A stretch of 64,000 nucleotides of DNA from Lophium mytilinum (lineage: Eukaryota): assembly GCA_010093605.1 (NCBI GenBank), contig MU004187.1:2036882-2100881 (forward strand), given 5' to 3'. A model generated the notes under the pieces. It made no database searches. It saw nothing but the letters and a program-made list of their open reading frames with translations, and had not been told where the DNA came from. Of this stretch, positions 58,617-64,000 are shown one piece after another. A program made the position numbers and the translations under genes. Position 1 is the stretch's first letter, and each line of letters opens with the position of its first letter.

Positions 58617-59079
58617 AATAGTAATAAGAACTGAATGATGTGCTTGAGAGCTTTATCTTGACCATAGGAGGTATGAAAGATCTGACATCAATCTTGCCAC
58701 GCTAGGCATGAAAATGGCGGCACACTCAGCAAGTATTCTGTCCCATGTGCGTATATAGGTGTCTGCCACTGCTTGGAGTGCTTCAACAAGCTTCCATACA
58801 GCCCAAAGCTAAGAATATTTATCTGATTCATATTTTGGATATCGCATTGAAGTACCACAAACAATGGCAGACAGATGTATAGTGAGAGCAGTATGCTGGT
58901 TGAGTGTGCCACCTTTTCCATGCCGATGTCCCACCAAACACCACAGCCCTTCCCTGTTCAACCGACGTCATCGTTCACGAACCCTGGCAGCGAGCATACA
59001 TAAGAGACCCCGCAAGCCCCAGTATAGACTACTAACCCATACCTAATCCTCAAAATAAACTAGACCGACTGCAACCAAG

Positions 59080-59508
59080 ATGTCCTCCAAAGAGAACCAA
59101 ACCGATCCCATACCTCAACAAGAGGAGGAGCAGAAGGAGCCCAGAGGTAAATAGCCATGATTCTCCTTAACCAGAACTATATACTTCAGACGGCAGCTAA
59201 CATGTTTCATAGGCTTCCTCGCACCGGTCCTCGACCCCGTAGGCAAAGGTCTCGAAACCGGCCTCAAACCCATCGGCGCACCCTTGGGGTATGTGACCAA
59301 GCCGCTCGGCAACGTTGTGGGCAGCATCACCAAACCCGCCCTCGGCCCGCTGGCAGGGAACGAGGACGAGAAAGCAGAGCCGCTGGGCGGCAAGAACAAG
59401 GATAGCTACGAGGCGAAGAAGGAGAGTATTGGGGGCAAGGTCCAGGATGGGGAGAACCCGCTGGGTTTGGATCAGACGGGGAGGTGGGGATTCGCAGATG
59501 ACCAGTAG
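59080..59508 (+). CDS. small Gly/Lys-rich hypothetical protein; intron 59147-59212
   Basis: Spliced MSSKENQTDPIPQQEEEQKEPR/GFLAPVLDPVGKGLETGLKPIGAPLGYVTKPLGNVVGSITKP...IGGKVQDGENPLGL.... Canonical splice signals and a TATA-like CATATAAG upstream. Confidence 0.78.
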
Positions 59509-59654
59509 ATGATCGATCACGTCTGCTTTGGTTGGAGTTTGGGTTCTTGTATCAATATCTCATATTTCAGGTGCTTCGAAATGTATTAATGAATACCTGG
59601 AGCCACCACCTGAGGCACCTCGACGAGGTTTTATATATGCCGAAATGATGAGCT

Positions 59655-61445
59655 CTACATTTTATCAAACACCCTCGTCCCGGACCATCCATCAACTGGA
59701 TTCCCGTGCGTGCGGCCCAGCAGACCTTCCGTCTCGTCGTCCTCCATATCTTCTCTTAAGCTTTCGAGTAAGACGCTTGCCTCTGCCTCTGCACCGTGCA
59801 TGAGATCAAAGCTCTCCTCGCTCTCACTCCTTCCACTACTACTCATGTCGATGCCACCGTCCCACCAGCGGGCTTGTTCGCCAACCCAATCGATCCCGCC
59901 ACCGCCACCAGTATGTGGCCGTCTAATGACCTCCTTTTCTTCTAAAGCGAGCGCAGGGAAGACTGATTTCGGAGGGAGGATGGTTCGGCGATGCCATTCG
60001 CCGACGAACATGCCCTCTGGGTCGACTTCGTTGCGGATGCGGAGGTACTCCTGTAGGTCTTCTCCGTACATGGAATCCAACACCTCGTGTGAAATTTGCG
60101 AAGTGAAATTCTTCGCCCAGTGTGGACGGCCACCCATTTCGCGCATCAGCCATTCGAAGGCCTCGTAGTAGCGCGCTAGACATGGCGGGTCCTGGCCGTA
60201 AGGGCGGTAGAGGGTAGCGTTGAGGTAGAGTGTGGGGCCATCTTTTATGGTGTTGTCAAGGTACGGTCGCGGGTCTGCGGACGAAGTGTCGGAGACGCGG
60301 ACTTCTATGGGTGAATGCACCCAGAGGCCTTTGGGGCTGAAGGGAATATCGGAACCTTCTTGATCACCGTGCAACCAATCGGTAAGACGCGTGAGAGCTT
60401 CGGGCCCCTTGTGCAGGGGCAATGCCCATTCATTGACGAATTGCGAGTAAAGACAGTTCATGAGCAGACCAGTCCGTAGTTCTTCCACCGCGGAGATTGT
60501 GAACCCGTCCTTGAAGCCGTACTGCATGCCAAAAACGAACCACTCGACCCACGGTAGTAGTCGAGGGACGTATTGGGAAGCCCACAGCATTATGTGGTAA
60601 GTGTGGTAACCCACACCGCCTCCGTACCAATTATACGCGGGTGCTCGCGGTGGTTTTGTCGTCTTCTCGGCTCGCCAAACGATTGCTCTTTTCATATACG
60701 GCATCCACCAAACCCGGGTGTATTCTTTCTGAGTCCATAAATCTTGTTCCCAGTCGCGTAATATGGTAGAGGTGGGCAGAATAGTCTGGACCCATTCAAT
60801 ATCACAAGCATCGATCATCTCAAACTCCACTTCCACTACAACTCCTAGCGCACCCAGACTGACCAGCGCAGCTCTGAATATCTCTTCATTTTGCTCCTTC
60901 GAACACTTGACGCTCTGTCCATTAGCCATAACAATCCTCAAGCTCTTCACAGACTGTGCTAATAAGCCATGCCGCGTCGAACTCCCGTGTGTGGCCGTGG
61001 CAATGGCGCCAGCAATCGACTGCTCGTCTATGCTTCCTAGGTTCCGCATCGTGAGCCCATGCTTCTTCGCATTCAGATTCAAATTGTGTAGCCTCATGCC
61101 CGCCTGCACCAGCAGCGTCTTTTTGGTCTTGTCCACCTTCAGCACGCTCGCAAAGTCATCCAGATTGACCATCCACGCGCTCGTGCAGGTCAAGTCGGAG
61201 GGCGAGTGCGCGCATCCCACGACGACTATCCGCCGCCGCATGCGCCGCGCAAGCGTCACGATCTTCTGTATCTCTGGCAGCGTCTGCGGCCGGATATACA
61301 GCTCCGGCCGAGAGTGAAAGGTTCGCGCCCATGTGTGGTGGACGTACGTCTGCGAGGCGCGGAAGGGGACTGTTGTGTCGAGTTTCTCGAGCTCGATGGC
61401 CATGCGCGAGGCCATGCTGACCGGAGATACTGGGGTAAGGTCCAT
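59655..61445 (-). CDS. ALO1: D-arabinono-1,4-lactone oxidase (FAD-linked)
   Basis: Motifs TWARTF, VVGCAHSPSDL (covalent-FAD His region), NLGSIDEQSIAGAIATATHGS, SLGALGVV, SQFVNEWALP, PIEVR, GGRPHWAKN and VDPEGMF. Confidence 0.93.
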   Translation of the reverse strand: MDLTPVSPVSMASRMAIELEKLDTTVPFRASQTYVHHTWARTFHSRPELYIRPQTLPEIQKIVTLARRMRRRIVVVGCAHSPSDLTCTSAWMVNLDDFASVLKVDKTKKTLLVQAGMRLHNLNLNAKKHGLTMRNLGSIDEQSIAGAIATATHGSSTRHGLLAQSVKSLRIVMANGQSVKCSKEQNEEIFRAALVSLGALGVVVEVEFEMIDACDIEWVQTILPTSTILRDWEQDLWTQKEYTRVWWMPYMKRAIVWRAEKTTKPPRAPAYNWYGGGVGYHTYHIMLWASQYVPRLLPWVEWFVFGMQYGFKDGFTISAVEELRTGLLMNCLYSQFVNEWALPLHKGPEALTRLTDWLHGDQEGSDIPFSPKGLWVHSPIEVRVSDTSSADPRPYLDNTIKDGPTLYLNATLYRPYGQDPPCLARYYEAFEWLMREMGGRPHWAKNFTSQISHEVLDSMYGEDLQEYLRIRNEVDPEGMFVGEWHRRTILPPKSVFPALALEEKEVIRRPHTGGGGGIDWVGEQARWWDGGIDMSSSGRSESEESFDLMHGAEAEASVLLESLREDMEDDETEGLLGRTHGNPVDGWSGTRVFDKM

Positions 61446-62627
61446 AATTGCGGGCCGTTCTGGAGGGGGTTTTTGGTGGCGGGAGTTTCTCTGGGATCCT
61501 AGGTTGCAGAATAGCGCACGAGCCGTGAAGAGGAAGATCAGATGATCTGAATCGCAGCAGGGCGTATTCGTAGCCAGGGACGTCTGCAGGTGGAAGACAT
61601 ACCCGCGTCAAAAGTGGTGACGCTTGATGAAGAGGAGCGCGGGACGATGGTGGGCTGTTTTGGTGTACTAAAAGAATGACTAATCAGATGGATACCTAAC
61701 GTCCATCCATCCGACTCTCCCTCTAGGACACCATTCAGTGCCATTGACTTCATGATATATGAGGTTCTTGAAGAACTACTCCCCACGTCAAGGATAGAGA
61801 GATGTTAGGCCTCGAGGAATACGTATACGATGTGTCCTGACGAAATTCTCTCTTCGCAATGCCCTAGGGACGGCACCTCGGGTAATGACGAAGTCGGACC
61901 ACTACAACTTTCCTTCCTGCTCTATACCTCTCTAAAGGACTGAACTTACCACGAATCGTGGGGTCGAGTTTAGAGTTGTCATGGCGGGCAAACCCCCAAA
62001 TCCTTTCAATTTATCACGTTACAATCATTCAACCCCTTCTCCATCTCTCCACGTCCTGAATCCCCTCGCCATAACCCCACAAGCCCCTAGGACGCACTCA
62101 CATAGGAGATTTAAAGGATTGTAGAAAGGTTGTGCGACAGAAGCTTCTGGCTCGTTGTTTGGAGTAATCCCTCGTGGACCGCAATTCCAGATCCTACCCC
62201 TGTCAATATTCAGAATTTGAAGCCAGCGAAAATGCTCCGGGCCCACCCGACTTATCCCCGTGCGGGCCTACGCCTCCCAGCTATCCCCGAAATAAGGCGT
62301 GGGCGTCTAGATGCCCCTCAGTCAGTGGCAACGTATGGACCAATGCTCTCAAGCCTCAAGATCACCACTAGGGCTGTCCTTGGACGACTCGGCTTTCTTT
62401 CGGCACAAGAAGCACATTCGTCCCCTTATGTTTTACATGAAAGCATATAAGACTCTCACGGCTGGCTTCGTGTTTCAAGCCTCTCTCTATACCACAAGCA
62501 ACCAGCCTACCAAATACCACTAGGCTTAAGTCACAAATCAAAAGTCTTTCACGAATCTACCCTCAGGATTCGGACTCTACTCAGACCTGGTACCACCTCA
62601 TAACACACCACCACCACAACAACAACA

Positions 62628-62912
62628 ATGCCTGCCTCAATACCCAGAACGTCAGCAGACCGCCCATCCACATCCACCCAATCCTCCTTCACCAGCCAAC
62701 CCGAATTCACATCTTCATCTTCTTCAACAACATCGAAACGAAATCCTCTTCTGAAAGCCCTCAAAGCACCCTTCAAAGGCTGGTCGACATCACTCCTAGC
62801 CGCCAAAGATGATCTCGATGACGAGTACAACTTCGCTAGCGGGTCCAGACGGGGAGCGGATTACAATTTCCCTAATGTAGGGAGGAGGGGATCAGAGGAG
62901 AGTGGCAACTGA
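62628..62912 (+). CDS. small Ser-rich hypothetical protein
   Basis: 94-aa ORF with ACAACAACAATG Kozak-like context and a CA-rich leader. No domain recognised. Confidence 0.5.
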   Translation: MPASIPRTSADRPSTSTQSSFTSQPEFTSSSSSTTSKRNPLLKALKAPFKGWSTSLLAAKDDLDDEYNFASGSRRGADYNFPNVGRRGSEESGN

Positions 62913-64000
62913 TATTTGGCTTCGGATGGATGGAATGGATACACTGAAAATAGACTGGGCCACATGGGAATGTCATGCGGTGAACACACATTCGAAAGTG
63001 TATGTTAGGAAGGATTGAAGAGAGGCTCATGACGGCCAACGAAAGGAAAGAGGTTCACTCCCATCGCTGAAGGAAGCGATGGTACTACGTTGGGACGGGC
63101 GCTCTATACCCCTCTGTATTAAGAAATTACTATTGAATTCTCTTCACCTACGTTTACGTGACGCTTTGCGATGTGCTAGATTGGGCCTCGTTTTGGGGTT
63201 TCCGATCGCTACTTGAAGCTGGTATGTAGGGGCGTAGGTGGGTGGTAACGGGGTGTTTAGAAGGCGGTTGGTACAGTCTGAGGTGTCTCGAATGGGTCGA
63301 AAACTGGACAACATACCTAATGTAAAGGACTGTATTGGGCTAGAGGCTCCTTGGGCCGTTCTCAAAGGGTCCGAAAATAACCCGAAAATTACACCGCAAC
63401 AACGTCTTTTCTCCCCAAAACTTGGCCCCGTTCTTGGACATCCTCTGAGCCTCTTCAGAGCCCACTCTGAACACTGCAATCAAGCCCCAGAAATAGGAAA
63501 CCATTGCCAAGCATTCAAACGACTGGGCTTAGCATCAGCTTCCACCAGGATATTTCTCACACCGACCCAAAGACGCCGAATGGCATGTCGTGCGAGTACT
63601 TCGTACGGAGGAGATACCAAACGTCTTTTAGCCTTCGGACCATGTATGTACCCTTTTGCTACATCCGCGACTCGAAACAAAGCTTCGTCCGATTCCGACG
63701 GCAAGTTACCGTATTTGTACGCTCGTCCACAGACCCCTGAATCTTGACCGGCGAAGACGTGTCTTGCTCCGACTACTTGCTGTGTATTGCAGCAGTAGTC
63801 GGGTACACGGCTACCAACATTCCCAGTCGTCAAAGCACACAACGAATTAGATCAAGAAGGTCGTAGAATGCTAACGGTTGGTTCTTTTCATTGACATGTG
63901 GGAGACTGACGTGCTCTCCGTTCTGTTGTCCTTATCAAGCCGACCAATGGTTTGATACCAACTATTCAAGTTGTTCGTCCAGTCTTTCTCTAATCGAGTT

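Noticed and set aside
63144..63850. Overlapping ORFs at the right edge
   Set aside because: No motif or splice model, and any gene here may extend beyond the window.

Overview
Eukaryotic, intron-containing DNA from a filamentous ascomycete (Pezizomycotina-type GT..CTRAC..YAG introns of mostly 50-120 nt, with RIP-like AT-rich patches). About 22 protein-coding loci can be reconstructed by hand: a 5'-truncated GH27 alpha-galactosidase, a MYND-finger protein, a Kre9/Knh1-like Ser/Thr-rich GPI protein, two NLR-like NACHT genes (one broken by two in-frame TAGs), a class-3 lipase, an MFS transporter, a PI-PLC-like phosphodiesterase, two tandem ABM-like genes (one missing from the ORF track), a MOCS1/cnxABC-type MoaA/MoaC locus, a WRN-type exonuclease-HRDC protein, an Opi1/ccg-8-like regulator, a full-size PDR/ABCG transporter, a Sac-domain phosphatase, ALO1 and several hypotheticals. 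The main non-genic structures are a 533-bp TIR element with an 8-bp target-site duplication inside a RIP-like AT-rich island and a ~151-bp tandem array that starts at the MoaC stop codon. The most interesting signals are: (i) each unit of that array looks like a 27/30-nt frame-preserving micro-exon plus an intron, encoding (N)QATP[DN][SG]G[VI]; (ii) the MOCS1 splice switch (donor inside the Gly-Gly-stop) feeds an exceptionally long ~900-aa basic linker before MoaC; (iii) each of the two NLR-like genes lies tail-to-tail with a lipid hydrolase. All product calls come from motif recognition by eye; no database search was run.
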